Shown piece after piece: positions 23,001-31,917 of a stretch of 64,000 nucleotides of DNA. Positions within the stretch are counted from its first letter, which is position 1; every line of letters starts with the position of its first letter. The notes beneath the pieces were generated by a model. The model saw only the letters and a list, made by a program, of their open reading frames with translations. It was not told the origin of the DNA and ran no database searches. Source of the DNA: Savitreella phatthalungensis (lineage: Eukaryota). Where the stretch lies: contig AP039701.1 in the NCBI GenBank assembly GCA_051599415.1, forward strand, positions 372,001 to 436,000, in the 5' to 3' direction. The translations under genes were made by a program, and so were the position numbers.

Positions 23001-23560
23001 CTCGGCAGCCTTTCGAAGGCGCCGAGCGCGATGGTGCCGCGGGCTTCTTCAAGGGTGTCGGTAAGGGCCTTATCGGCCTGGCGACAAAGCCAGTCATTGG
23101 GGTATTCGACCTAGCGTCCAACGTGACTGAAGGCATTCGCAACACTACGACAGTCTTCGATTCTGAGGGCATAGACAAAGTGCGTCTGCCTCGTCACGTC
23201 GGGCGCGATGGCATCGTGCGTCCCTACAACGCCTCCGAAGCTTTAGGATTGTCCTGGCTTAAGCAGCTGGACAACGGCAAGTACCACCGCGAGGACTACC
23301 TCGCCCACTATAATGTCACAGACGGTGCTATTCTTCTCATTACTTACCGACTGATCCTTCTCTGCAGGCTCAAGGGAATGCAAGTCGAGTGGGACGTCGC
23401 TTTCCGCGACCTAAAGACCATCGCTCTCGAAAAGACCGGACTTCAATTTGTTCTAAAGGGTGCTAGAGGGCCATTCGTGCCAATCGACTCAGAAACCGGC
23501 CGTCGCTTTGTCTATGCCAAGATCCGCATCGCAGTCGAAGCGTACAACGCCGAGCAGTAA
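14015..23560 (+). CDS. VPS13: Vacuolar protein sorting 13, bridge-like lipid transfer protein (3181 aa, single exon)
   Basis: Chorein_N start MLEGLVAQLLNRFLGAY...QLNVGIWSGDV; VAB repeats (SHWEPLIEPW); WIQIDNQLYG; ILGSADFLGNPVGLF; ATG2_C-like Gly-rich region; C-terminal PH-like domain. Confidence 0.97.
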   Translation: MLEGLVAQLLNRFLGAYIDGFDPKQLNVGIWSGDVKLRNLKLKREALDKFKLPIDVSAGYVGELTLSIPWSNLAKKPVKVFIDNVFLLAAPKIDQEYDEADDRRRARALKQEKLESAELLSRKQADLTTDESKRNQSFAESLTTKIVDNLQITINSVHIRYEDSVSAPDSPFSVGITLNEFSALSTDAEWNHAFIEGNPNVTYKLATLGSMSVYWNTDSESLIGKDFDELTGIFDRLIPRPGKIPDHQYILKPVSATGRITMNKLVVKDSTKPKTDVALIFDQIAFAIDQDQYRDALMLVDTFHFFLRHQEYRRHRPSKSVKEDPRAWLQFAGNCVLRNVHERHVVWTWDYMKQRRNERREYIDLWKKKVNSATLTTEESARLKHLEDDLKYEDIRFYRSLARGQLRKENALKPKQIAQQASGWLSWAWGGGTVKSDQATEQDPVMTEQQRKELYDAIEWDEKTAVAESVDAPKETVMLNLTATLKGGSFVMRRPKKDSSTDVLTVDFHETTAKFVQRPDSFYADMALKSMRVKDGTTPGSLYTDMIRVKESSMEADSSLDDSPLFFAAFERNPLSGKADSEVTARLKALEIVYNVQCIETVMRFLQPPKSQIESITALIQAAGETVKDFREQGRAGLEFALSEHKTIAAHLDLQAPLIVIPESCTRADAPCIIVDAGKIHIESELVEKERITELQRRQTDKMAEDEIQELQALCYDKFKLRLEATQILIGPSVQRSLEALNSEVDRQFHVVDRINMDFLIEVSILPKNASLTLTKLRISGHLPSLSARVSDRKYHTMMRIIDIAVPKSDEAEEARPVTRESRRFSKALPSQPLADLDRVSVLTDPRSESDHDSQTADPDETADTIDDDADDKFVAAPEAIDEKDLLYRQRTFEFRFTVGELRGSLFKAEGDEEDGQHLVDVVLQQFALDFSLRQYDMQANVVLKSLVVDDRMNTESPPEFQKLVTSERLDDDADAGQYKDLVRVQYTQVKPTSPEYQTVFGGIDRHVDVALSTINVIVTQKSVLTLFDFILTTFTSQDPPKQEQFIRQEEDPEAAIDVKMRVKVELTSIVLILNQDGIRLATIKMSKGDVGVFMSGPTMRVGARIGNFSVRDDINTGIAKSSPLRQLIDVQGDELADFRYETFARMAATYPGYDSSVYLRLSSIKVNFLEEPMRKILAFGAKFARMKAVFDEARNMAMNSVQQAQQQAGKMHFDLLVRTPIVVFPRISGETQERDVVTANLGELFAINSFERADSSDEVNHVSAGIRNISLASKFHYRQNTYEELQMIEDADATVEVVLPGEFTGQKPAIKVTGNVSDIKLKVTQSQYQFLMDIMRAVPAIFANEDEVDEEERELSQSLLVRPKPEEHKVEGELVSDLEPELGEVREDDQRVAVTTSLDADFTIGSLGLELFSNREDSPAGDLEKASLSRFLLSSTVAKLSSRSDGSSQGEINVRSFTVNDTRYAKNNNFREVIPAIDHEGDQFNASITLSGGANRALMAMLTIDSPRVIFSLEHVFALQHWISSAFDKNPDIVETEPAESASRSLRARDASASRLQPSAGQDEAAVNQSSNMSIAFRVNIVDPSIMLVANAADPSSEAIILSAKQILLIQQTVLTFEMDRVAMFLCRMDDIVNKRLRILDDFSMNVSLDSSKTSESVRNQCIEIAVEPLVLRVSLRDIMLAMNIASKASQLSAAIEETGSSSEHKRRRSSVATTSQKAASANVLPSHRRSAATGKVSLATKIKDDSRSSLPNAPGGGLLKSTLVSREELKATLKGLRLVLIGSSHELPMLDMCVSSFQVAVTDWSSDMHIDTNIDAFANVYNFAKSHWEPLIEPWSMGLHVAKSVRPERFDVNIFSRKRVEMTVTSSTIALFSKAVQYLSSDEDVISKPRSVDGHYRIMNMTGYTINIWSDGDDSGDASSLEDGEEIPWSFEAWQKQRENVTSDEQKSKLAIKLEGTKWESITNVPVNMEGERVYTLRTRSRDTLVNHRIIVDVRLRTDFVKYVTIRSGMLFENRTKIPLEIVAVDASGNKKSRVYNIAPDEDCAAPIEAGFENGIKIRPDPGFHYQWSHQTLYWKELYKQPTRSIQCKPTEDDEVATFNFQCHARFPKAGLLNGRYPHQIIRISPPVEINNLLPYDFKFRIFDQTTQRDFSHVLTKGVSSPVHTVELSHVLLLAVKIQDSSPVYKPSKFSVIHTNNPDEYRRDETLVIEDQDGNKTQLGVHFTEVHDSGGSFVCSIFSPYLILNKTGLDICVRCKSFLQKARSAPGNSAGVIPFHNERATPYMHSYTNDDRKNRSLIRAGDSSWSKAQSFEAIGSVNDVIIPAAGNQEIHLGIQVEEGEGKYKLTKVVSLTPRFVLKSRLNEDILLREPSSADILELSAGDRIPLHFMRQTASKQLCLCMPGVDNDWSNPFSIMDVGRVYVKVQKQGEHQRLIKIDILLEAATIFLHLTHEDKNWPFVIRNESHCEMIYYQGNPYIEDDEDVGKRIPYKPQRYKIPARSIMPYAWDFPAAKSPVLILSPTREDARVRHLRLTEIGSLEPFRVPADPRRGTNGGIIDLSVVADGPTRKLIMRDYNPDTSLYKVRKDGAPGGRAKLLRTDSSSSVRSSGDFETINNSKAAEVTFRATIRLEGLGLSLVNSRRQELAYCTLRNIEATYTDSLAEQSYDLVCKWIQIDNQLYGGIYPILLYPTMIPKTGREIDMRPAFRAAVTKAKDDSHGVFFVKYATVLLQEMTMEVDEDFLFALLDFSKVPGASWAETHEGKLCDDTIDLPEPDRETAGNDAYFEVLHLQPIQMNLSFVRTERVNVEDKTSSRNPLMFFFNILTMALGNINEAPVRLNALLMENVLTSYALLSANIQAHYGQEFFYQIHKILGSADFLGNPVGLFTNISSGVADIFYEPYQGFVMSDRPGELGIGIAKGTASFVKKTVFGISDSISKVTGSVSKGLSVATMDKQFQDRRRMTRSRNRPKHALYGLQNGGLAFISSIGSGVEGLARQPFEGAERDGAAGFFKGVGKGLIGLATKPVIGVFDLASNVTEGIRNTTTVFDSEGIDKVRLPRHVGRDGIVRPYNASEALGLSWLKQLDNGKYHREDYLAHYNVTDGAILLITYRLILLCRLKGMQVEWDVAFRDLKTIALEKTGLQFVLKGARGPFVPIDSETGRRFVYAKIRIAVEAYNAEQ

Positions 23561-23758
23561 CGCTTCTGATGGTTTGCGACCACGTAAATCTGCTGGCAAA
23601 AGAGGGAAGAGAATTCAACATTGTATCATAAACAAAACAAACCCGCAATCACCGCACTGAGGGAAGTCGACACGTACGTATTAGCAACACGAGAATGAAT
23701 TTAAGTAACTGTAGGAAAGCAAAAGCGATATACCTGTTCTGTATATGCAACATCAGGG

Positions 23759-25704
23759 CTATTGACGCTGTTCGAGCTGAGGCTTAAGCCACGAGGCCGT
23801 GATGGGCGAAAAGTTGTCGAGAATCGAGGCGGAAATTGGACCTGCCTTGCCCCCAGAGGGCGTCGTGGCCGAGGGAAGCCCACCTGTACCGGCTGTAGAA
23901 GCTGCTGCAAGCGGCGCCGTTCTATCGCTTTTGGGATCGCTGGGTGTCTCCTCAGGCACCATCGAAAGCGGCGGCAGCGTCGGCTTCTCGGCTTCTGAGC
24001 CATGCCTCATATCTTGAGAGCTCTGTGCTTCGGGCATCTCGGGCATAACTGCACGTCGTTGTGTTGGATCAGCAGTCGAAGTTCGCGGAGGATGAGATTC
24101 CGGAGGCACGACTACTCGGCCCGACGTAAATGGTTGAGGGTCCGACGGGGCTGAGAATTGTCGACGCAAGGGTTGTGGTGGTGGTAGAAGCCCATTGCCG
24201 TTGGTTACGGCCGACTGACCCGCGTATTGCTGCTGCGGACCGGAAGACGGGTTAGGACCTTGTTGGTGTTGCATAGCAGCCGCTGCTTGTTCTGGAGGAG
24301 CGATTTGATTCAACAGGAAGCTTGTCGCAGGCGACAGGCCCGGCTCGTTCGTATTCCAGTTGTACTGCTGAAAGAGCTGATTGACATCTGTGCTGATTCG
24401 GGGTAGGGGAACGACAGTACCCGCAGCAGTCGTCGTCGACAATGTCCCCCCAGGTGAAATCTGCAAATTGGCGAATGGCCCATTAGGCGACTCTGCGGGG
24501 ATATCATTGCCGGGTATCAGCACCCGCGAGAGCGAATTGGCACTCAATGGAGCTCGGCTCGGGCCGGTATCGGAAGATACGAGTGGCGGCGCCTGCCCAG
24601 GAATTGTAAGAGGTGGTCCCATCTGCCCATTGACAGAGCGTTCGGGCAAACCTCTGACGAGTGGTCCCTCAGTTTGGAGGCCTCTCTGGTCTGTTTGATG
24701 TACCTGCGGCGGAAGCGGTTTGTGCGGCTGAGTACCTGCAGTACCATGGGGTTGACCGACTAAATTGCTGCGGCTATGCAAAGCTGTGGATGCCACCGGA
24801 TGGTAGGCAGGCAGAGGTGTTCGTTCGTTGCTGATCTGTGGCGAACCCGACATCGACCCACCGGGCGGTTGGTGGTAGTAGTCGTATCCAAGCGGAGGCG
24901 TGCTTGTCCGATGGACTCCATTCATATCGTGAACTGGACGAGTCGACTCGCTATGCAGGTTCTGCGACGATCGAGCCTCGCCAAATGGTAGCGATCGAGC
25001 AACTTTAGCAATACCTGGAGAATGCGCTCGCTTCCGTGGAACGCTTGATGGCGTACTGTCCGAATTATCCCGTCCGCGAGGCGTCTTAGAAGCCGTGTTG
25101 CGAGCTTTTTGTGACGGACTGCTGTTCTTCTGTTTGCTGCCAGAAGTGGACGGACCATTGCCATTTGCGCCGGTAGTATGGCCACCGGGACCAGGTGACT
25201 CTTGCATGACGATCTCCTTGACGGCGTCCTTGACAGAATGACCGATCACCGCAGGAGCCAGGCGACGTTGCTTCGACGGCGCAACATCGTCATCTTCGTC
25301 GTCATCATCATCTTCGTCGTCACCTTCGCGATCGTACTGAGGGCATGTCAGTGGAATGTTCGCAGGTTCGTTACTCTAGAAGGCTTACATCGCCCGGCTG
25401 CTTGATCTCGTATGGAGAGCTTTTCAAGTTCAGATATCTTTCACACGTCTCTTTCAAAGGCTGCGAGCCATAGGTATGGCATCTCTCTTGCTGAGAAAAT
25501 ACGATGACAGCGACCTTTGCGCCGGTCAGAACAGCCAATTCATGTGCCTTCTTGAACAAACCAGCTTTGCGCTTGATAAAGGTCTGGGTCAAGTCAGTCC
25601 ATGTCGCATGGAAAACGGGGAGAAGATTGCTATGGGTAATGTCTTACAGTTGATCTGCCACGATCCTCTTTGATGTACTCAATGTCAATCTTCCGCCTGC
25701 CCAT
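23759..25704 (-). CDS. MEF2-type MADS-box transcription factor (Rlm1/Smp1/Mbx1-like); 3 exons: 25704-25648, 25583-25389, 25336-23759
   Basis: Spliced reading gives MGRRKIDIEYIKEDRGRST|TFIKRKAGLFKKAHELAVLTGAKVAVIVFS...KQPGD|YDREGDD..., in frame with the 23759..25249 ORF. Both introns are phase 0, GTAAG...CTGAC...CAG. Confidence 0.9.
25337..25388 (-). other. Spliceosomal intron 2 of the MADS-box gene (52 nt)
   Basis: Donor GTAAGC, branch ACTGAC, acceptor CAG; removal skips an in-frame stop and joins the long 3' ORF. Confidence 0.88.
25584..25647 (-). other. Spliceosomal intron 1 of the MADS-box gene (64 nt)
   Basis: Donor GTAAGA, branch ACTGAC, acceptor CAG; removal restores the MADS box. Confidence 0.9.
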
Positions 25705-27227
25705 GCTGTTCGAGCAAGATTTGATTGCCGACGATGGTGCGAGGAACTGCGTGTAATTGATGGCCAGCAAGTCCAAAAGCAGTCTTGGCGCGCAAGTCCA
25801 CAGCCTCAGGCAGTCGTCGTCAGCTGGTGCACAGTAGTGCCTACTCTTAATCGAGTTGTACGGAGGGGCGATAGTCCTACTCCTCCTGTGGGCAGAACGG
25901 CTAACACAATCGTGATAACCGTGACAATCGTCTTGAGCGACCTCTAAGAGCGATCTTGAATGATCGCTGAGTTGCCGTCTGTAAGCTCACTGAAAGACAG
26001 AAGCGATCGATGAGCGCTTCCTGACAAAGAGCAGCTGTTTTCCCGTTAAGACCTGTACAGTTTGTTGTAGGATTAAAAATAGAACAAGGATTCAAACTTC
26101 CTCAAACATCATCAATTCGATCACGCCGACGAAGCCGATCTTTTCGCTCTCACTGGCGTGCTTATTGGGAAGAGGGAATTGCTCGAGCTGGCCAGCTGCT
26201 CCACTTCCTAACTATATCCTGATTATCTATCAAATGACCAAACTTACAGGGAAGTAATGCAGTTGAAATTCGAACCCAGATGAATACAGACACAGAGACA
26301 AACATCATGACTCTATCGTACGATATATAGCTAGATATATATAAATTAAATATAATTTATATCATCCTCAATGCAAAGCTGTTTCAGTATAAAAGATTGA
26401 TCTCTTGGCGATTCACGTGACCGATGGTATGCAGTATATATACGTACGTACTGATATCATGCAGCGCATCGTGGACGCACGAATCTGATGACCATAGACG
26501 TACACTGTATGTGTCCCAATCAGTAGTTTGCAGCAATCTACCTGGTATGGGTTGAGGATGCATAGACTTGACAACACATTCATTTGTATGTACAGTATTC
26601 AGTTTCTGGTGACTCTTACAGATCTCTCGGGGCAGACCGGCAGCATCGGCTGTGGTGCATTCATCCTGATCGTGAAGTCTCACTGCTCTAGCTCAATCGG
26701 AAGAGTAATCTGGCATTGTTTCCCGATACGCCCATTGAGCATAGAGCACACAACGTAGTTCAAATCATTCACCTTTAAGCAAGGCGCGCCTTGAGCCAAA
26801 TTTGGTTTAATTGACTGCTTGACAGCGACGGATAGATCAGCTCGGTCGGTGACATATCGATCTTCAAACGAGGACAAGGTGAGATAGGGAGTCTGCACGG
26901 TGCGAGTCCCGAATACAACCTTGATATGGAAACACATACTGTACGTAAACTGAATTACAAAGCCCCATAAATCAAATGAAAAGTTGGCATATCATAGATC
27001 TAAATTACGTACTTTACGGCGGGGCCTCACTGATCTCAATCTGTTCGTAGTCAAATGCCAGTGCAGATCACAACTCCACTTCATGGTGCGTCAGCTCGTT
27101 GCCGGTCTGTGATCGTTCGCTAGCTGGGAGACGTCCTTCGAAGGAAGCAAAAGACGACGCTTGGCGTGAAGCTCAGCATTTGAAAGAAAATCTTGAAAAT
27201 CTCCATCGTTATCCTTCTGAGTTCATC

Positions 27228-28001
27228 ATGGTTGTCAAGGCAGGTAAGGTTTCAAGATAGTGAAGGGGGAACAGAAGTGTAAGAGGGACTGAAAGGGAAA
27301 GGGCACAATTACCGCATAAAGTGAGGCAATTTGACTACCGTGGTGGTTAAAGGCCTCATTCAGCCAGTCTTCACTCATCAGCACCAGTGTGCCGGCCCAA
27401 GCTTGGATGTACGCTTGCCTTGCCGTGAGTCTGTCATTTCCCCGGTCTGACTTCGGCGCACAGTGTCCTTCTGAACTATTTCTTTCGATCCCTTTACTCC
27501 TTTAAGTAGCTCGGCGCCAAAGGAGTACACGACTGACCAATTGACACAGTGGCTGTTCTTCGCGGTGACTCAAACGTCAAGGGTACCGTCACCTTCACAC
27601 AGGCAGATGAGTCGTCTCCCGTAGAGGTCACCTACGACATCTCTGGCAACGACGCCTCCGCCGAGCGTGGCTTCCATATCCACCAGTTTGGAGACAATAC
27701 CAACGGTTGTACTTCTGCTGGACCACACTTCAATCCGCACGGCAAGAAGCATGGCGATCCGACCGGGGAAGAGCGCCATGCGGGTGACCTGGGCAACGTG
27801 AAGACTGACTCCCAGGGGGTTGCCAAGGGCACTATCACTGACAAGCACCTCAAGCTTATCGGTCCTGAGTCCATCATTGGACGCACTGTCGTTATTCACG
27901 CAGGCACGGACGATCTTGGCAAGGGCGGTAACGAAGAGTCTTTCAAGACGGGTAATGCCGGCGGTCGGAATGCTTGCGGCGTGATAGGACTCACTCAGTG
28001 A
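27228..28001 (+). CDS. SOD1: Cu/Zn superoxide dismutase; exons 27228-27243 and 27550-28001
   Basis: Spliced N-terminus [13 protein letters not shown]; metal-binding motifs [60 protein letters not shown]. Confidence 0.97.
27244..27549 (+). other. Spliceosomal intron of SOD1 (306 nt, highly structured)
   Basis: Donor GTAAGG at 27244, branch GACTGAC at 27531-27537, acceptor CAG ending 27549; phase 1 join G|TG gives Val. Confidence 0.9.
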
Positions 28002-28094
28002 ATTTCCCCACTCCTGGCTATGTCCTGTAGTTGCTACACAATTTATTGTCCGAGAGTTGCTCTGTTAATTTGGCTGCTCGTCGTGCTGGAAGTA

Positions 28095-31000
28095 TTACTG
28101 CCTTCGACTCGCCATGACGAACGCCTCGATGCGCGCTTGCAGTTCCTGATCCGGCTTTACTTGTTCGATATTCAGGGGCGTTCGATTGAAAGGATCCGTT
28201 GGATCATTGAGGAGATGCCGCTTGATCGTGGACAAGTCGCATACAGTTCGCGAAGTTGGCAGGACGACTGGATGTCTCATCAGGTCTGATGTGAGCGGGT
28301 CAAGGAATTCCTCTGGAATGTCCCCGAGGTCCTCGTCCTCCAACTCGATCTCTCGTTTGCGTATGTCGACCCTGTCCGCGAACCTTTGAAGTCGTTCCAG
28401 CTCCGTACTGGAACGCATGCCAAATCGGCCTAGAATAGATACGACCCGATCGTACAGCTCGCGACGGTAAGAGCGACCATCGCGAGCGACTGCATCAACG
28501 AAGCGAGCCTGATCTGACATATTGAGCAGAATGCCAGCGATTCCGGATAGCAGCCGTTTGGGATCGAAAAAGTACTTCTCAGGACTTCTTACCTTGAGCT
28601 CAGTGCAACGTGGTCCCACGAGCTGGGAGACGTTGTAGTCGAGCATCGCAGCCAAACGATCTACGACCTCGGGAGTACAAAACGCGTCCGCAATCGAAGC
28701 CGTGAACAGGTCAAGCATCTGTAAGGTCTCAGTACCCAGCTGCATGTACGACGTGGCAGCTCGTTCCGATTGCTCAAGAGTACGTGATCGTTCCCGGCGA
28801 CGCTCTTCCTCTGATTGCTCGGCATCGACTGAGCTCGACCTCGCATTCTCCAGCTCGTCGGTGGCCATGGCATCAGTAACGCTTTCAGGTCCAAGCTCCT
28901 GCTGCAGCGTATGTATTTCCGTGAGCTTGGCTAGAGCCTCGTCAAGCAGGTACGTCTGGTCGTTCAGCAGCAGGGCCACAAAGCGCACGAAGAAGTCCAG
29001 GTCTTGCTCGAATTGCTTAGTGAGCTGATCGCGATGCTGCGGATTGTGCCATATGCTCTTGAAGATATGAGAGATATGATACCGGATGTTGAACTTGTCG
29101 TAGAACTGGGAGGAAGCTCCAGTCGATTCAGCCTGAATGTAGAAGGTCATAAGCGCCGGGAACAAATGCTCGAGGGCAAATGGATGGGAGTGTAGAATGC
29201 CGCCTAGAGCGCCGAATTTATCGGATCTATCGAAAGGCCTCACACCGTTATAGAGTGTCTCTACTAGCTTCGCCTTCAAGAATGGATTCTTCATATAGCC
29301 GGAAGGGCTTTGGATGAAGGTCAGGGCGAAATCCACTAGATGGGTGTTATCCGTCGACATGAGCATCCTGGGCATGAACCGAGACACGTAGAGGAAAGAT
29401 TCGCAGATATCTTCGACGAAGTATTCGGGCAAATTGCGATACGCCTCTGCTGCAGTAGACTGTATGTCTTCAAGCGGCAAAACGATACTGCTGGCTGGAT
29501 AGGCGTGTTTCCTATCAACAAGGCGGAGCAACCAGCTTGCCACCAAGGACAAGAAATTCAAAGATTTCAACTGGATTTTATCATCGCAGAGCAAAGCTTC
29601 ATAAGCGAAAGACACTTCCTTCGCGCGAATTAGCTGCTGCTCTATGCGCTGAAACTGCATCGTCATGACCATGGCTTGAGGTCCTTGAAACGGCTGCTGA
29701 GCTCGCAGACCATCCAGATATCTTTGCATATCGCGTGTGCGATTGAGCAAGCTTTCATGAGTTACAAGAGCGGCACCCATGCCGTAATGATGGAATGCGA
29801 CGTCGAGGAAGAAGATGTGCGAGATGAAATTGTTCTCGCCGCTTAGTATAGAGGAGAAATAACGTTGCGTCTCCTCCAGACTGGCAGCCAGACGAGTTTC
29901 GTCTTCGAGCTTGACCAAACTGTCATGCCGGCGCAAGTAATCAATATCGATTTTGGATATCTTTGTCATGTCCGCGACAAACGGATCTGCAAAAAGGTCC
30001 AAAATAGCTGTGCTGTTGACCATAAAGCCGTCTGTGGCTACAGTCGATGCATCAACGTGCAGGGCGTGCCGCTTCTTGTTGAGAAGCAGCGCCCTTGAGA
30101 AGAACTTTAGCACGCCGATTCGTGTCTCGGTCGTGCAGCGAACTAGCAAGTTTACCAAATCAAATAGCTGTGCATGAAGTGCAGGAATAGCCATTCGCAC
30201 GGCACCGATGGCATCACGCAGCGCCAGCGGATTTGATTCTGAGACCCCGTTGAACGCCTTCGCAACGGCGCGTCCCTCAATAGGCGATAGGCGAAAATAA
30301 GGACCTAGAAGGGAGCGAAGTTCATAGTCAGACGCTGTCGCGTCCTCTGGTATAAACTCAGCCATGCGTACAAACACGCTTGCAACTTCGCGATGTCGCA
30401 AGAGCATTTTGATGGCAGCAAAGAACCTGAAATGATCTTCAGTCATCGTCAGCAACAGCAATGAGCGCGATAGTGCCCGGAGTATTGGCTCGAAAAATTG
30501 AGCGACAGCTTCTACGCCGTCCTCGCTCAGACGACTGACCAGGGCGGACAGAAACGAAGATGGTAACCCCATATCCTCCTGATCTTGCTGCAGCAAGCGA
30601 GCCACGAGATCAGCCTGTGGATGATCGTGCTCGAAGATATCTGGCATAATGACCGACAATGTGGCATAGCTCACGGCCAAGCGCTTGAGTTCTGTGAGCA
30701 AGAATAGCTTGTCTTCAAGGTGGCCTTTCTCGCGACGCACATTACGCTCCAGCGCATCCGCCCGTCTGAACGACTCCAAAAGATAGTCGAAAGCAGAATC
30801 CGGTACTGCTTCCCCCAGTCGCGACAGAATCAAACGGTCGACAATGTCGTTGTGGAAACGAGGAGCTTGCTCATCGTCTCGTAGCTCCTCACTCAATTCC
30901 GTGTGCAAACTTTCAAGGTAAAAGCGATCTGCTCGCATGGGATCGAGTGTCACATGAAAAACCGCGCCTATTGTGTCATCGGCCCAAGTAGCAAGATCAA

Positions 31001-31256
31001 ATGAGCGTCCAGATACTTCGTTCGCTTGCTTTGAGGACGCAGAGTCGATTGCTGATAGATCAACAGCCGTTTCTCTCTTGACAGCTATGCCCGGACTCAG
31101 TCTCGCTCTTTCTCTGTGAATCAGAACAGCGCTCTCGTGCTTCTGGCCAGCTGGATTTCCCGACTCTTGCGGGGGCGGCGTGGGTGTCGATACCGCTTGA
31201 GATGCCCCAAGTCTGGCCAGCCGCTTCCGGCGCTCGACTTCACGTCTGTCGTCCAT
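28095..31256 (-). CDS. UFD2: Ubiquitin chain assembly factor E4 with U-box
   Basis: N-terminal RRKRLARLG; core motifs NPFLKAKLVE, ESTGASSQFYDKFNIRY, RLAAMLDYN; U-box IPEEFLDPL...PVVLPTS...DPFNRTPL. Confidence 0.95.
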   Translation of the reverse strand: MDDRREVERRKRLARLGASQAVSTPTPPPQESGNPAGQKHESAVLIHRERARLSPGIAVKRETAVDLSAIDSASSKQANEVSGRSFDLATWADDTIGAVFHVTLDPMRADRFYLESLHTELSEELRDDEQAPRFHNDIVDRLILSRLGEAVPDSAFDYLLESFRRADALERNVRREKGHLEDKLFLLTELKRLAVSYATLSVIMPDIFEHDHPQADLVARLLQQDQEDMGLPSSFLSALVSRLSEDGVEAVAQFFEPILRALSRSLLLLTMTEDHFRFFAAIKMLLRHREVASVFVRMAEFIPEDATASDYELRSLLGPYFRLSPIEGRAVAKAFNGVSESNPLALRDAIGAVRMAIPALHAQLFDLVNLLVRCTTETRIGVLKFFSRALLLNKKRHALHVDASTVATDGFMVNSTAILDLFADPFVADMTKISKIDIDYLRRHDSLVKLEDETRLAASLEETQRYFSSILSGENNFISHIFFLDVAFHHYGMGAALVTHESLLNRTRDMQRYLDGLRAQQPFQGPQAMVMTMQFQRIEQQLIRAKEVSFAYEALLCDDKIQLKSLNFLSLVASWLLRLVDRKHAYPASSIVLPLEDIQSTAAEAYRNLPEYFVEDICESFLYVSRFMPRMLMSTDNTHLVDFALTFIQSPSGYMKNPFLKAKLVETLYNGVRPFDRSDKFGALGGILHSHPFALEHLFPALMTFYIQAESTGASSQFYDKFNIRYHISHIFKSIWHNPQHRDQLTKQFEQDLDFFVRFVALLLNDQTYLLDEALAKLTEIHTLQQELGPESVTDAMATDELENARSSSVDAEQSEEERRRERSRTLEQSERAATSYMQLGTETLQMLDLFTASIADAFCTPEVVDRLAAMLDYNVSQLVGPRCTELKVRSPEKYFFDPKRLLSGIAGILLNMSDQARFVDAVARDGRSYRRELYDRVVSILGRFGMRSSTELERLQRFADRVDIRKREIELEDEDLGDIPEEFLDPLTSDLMRHPVVLPTSRTVCDLSTIKRHLLNDPTDPFNRTPLNIEQVKPDQELQARIEAFVMASRRQ

Positions 31257-31917
31257 CGATGCTTTTCAAAGAGATCTTCAGCCCAGCATTCGCAAAGTTG
31301 ACTTTGCGAGATTCTCGCAATATGTCGCCGTACGTCAGTCCTGTGGACGCAGGACTCCTTCAAAATTACGTACATTCATACTTGAGATTTCAAGGCCACT
31401 TTTGTAATTGTGATCGGTTCGTTACAGTGGCTGTCTATATGTGCATGGCGTGCATCCCATCGACAGTGAATTGCATACATATATGGATATTGGATGCATT
31501 GATCGCTTGCATGTTATATGCGCTCATTTCGAAGCCATTGGCTTTGAGCCACCCACAATCGTATGCGTGCGTACATACGAATCTATTGCTTCGTTTGTGC
31601 ATATGCGCCGATCAACCGCACTGAATAACTATCAGGTTATGCAGCGCTTTTCTGATACATATGAGAGATTGATCGCATCTGCCTTTAACGCTTACACCAA
31701 TAGCGCATAGACCCTGGAGCATAACACCGCGGCGCATTCAGCGAGACGAGTCTCGTTTCCGCAAAGAGACTTGTCATTATCGGTCAAGTTGCAGGTCAAT
31801 CGGCACTTTATCCTGCTCTGGATTTCTTAGACATCGAGGCTTCCTTTCCTCGCAGATCGCCAGGATAGTCGACTGATCGCTTTCGAGCCTGTCAAGATCC
31901 TGCTTTTGGGGCGTGTC

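Noticed and set aside
27244..27549. TPP riboswitch in the SOD1 intron
   Set aside because: The conserved CTGAGA and AGCGT/GGGA aptamer core is not present in the expected arrangement.
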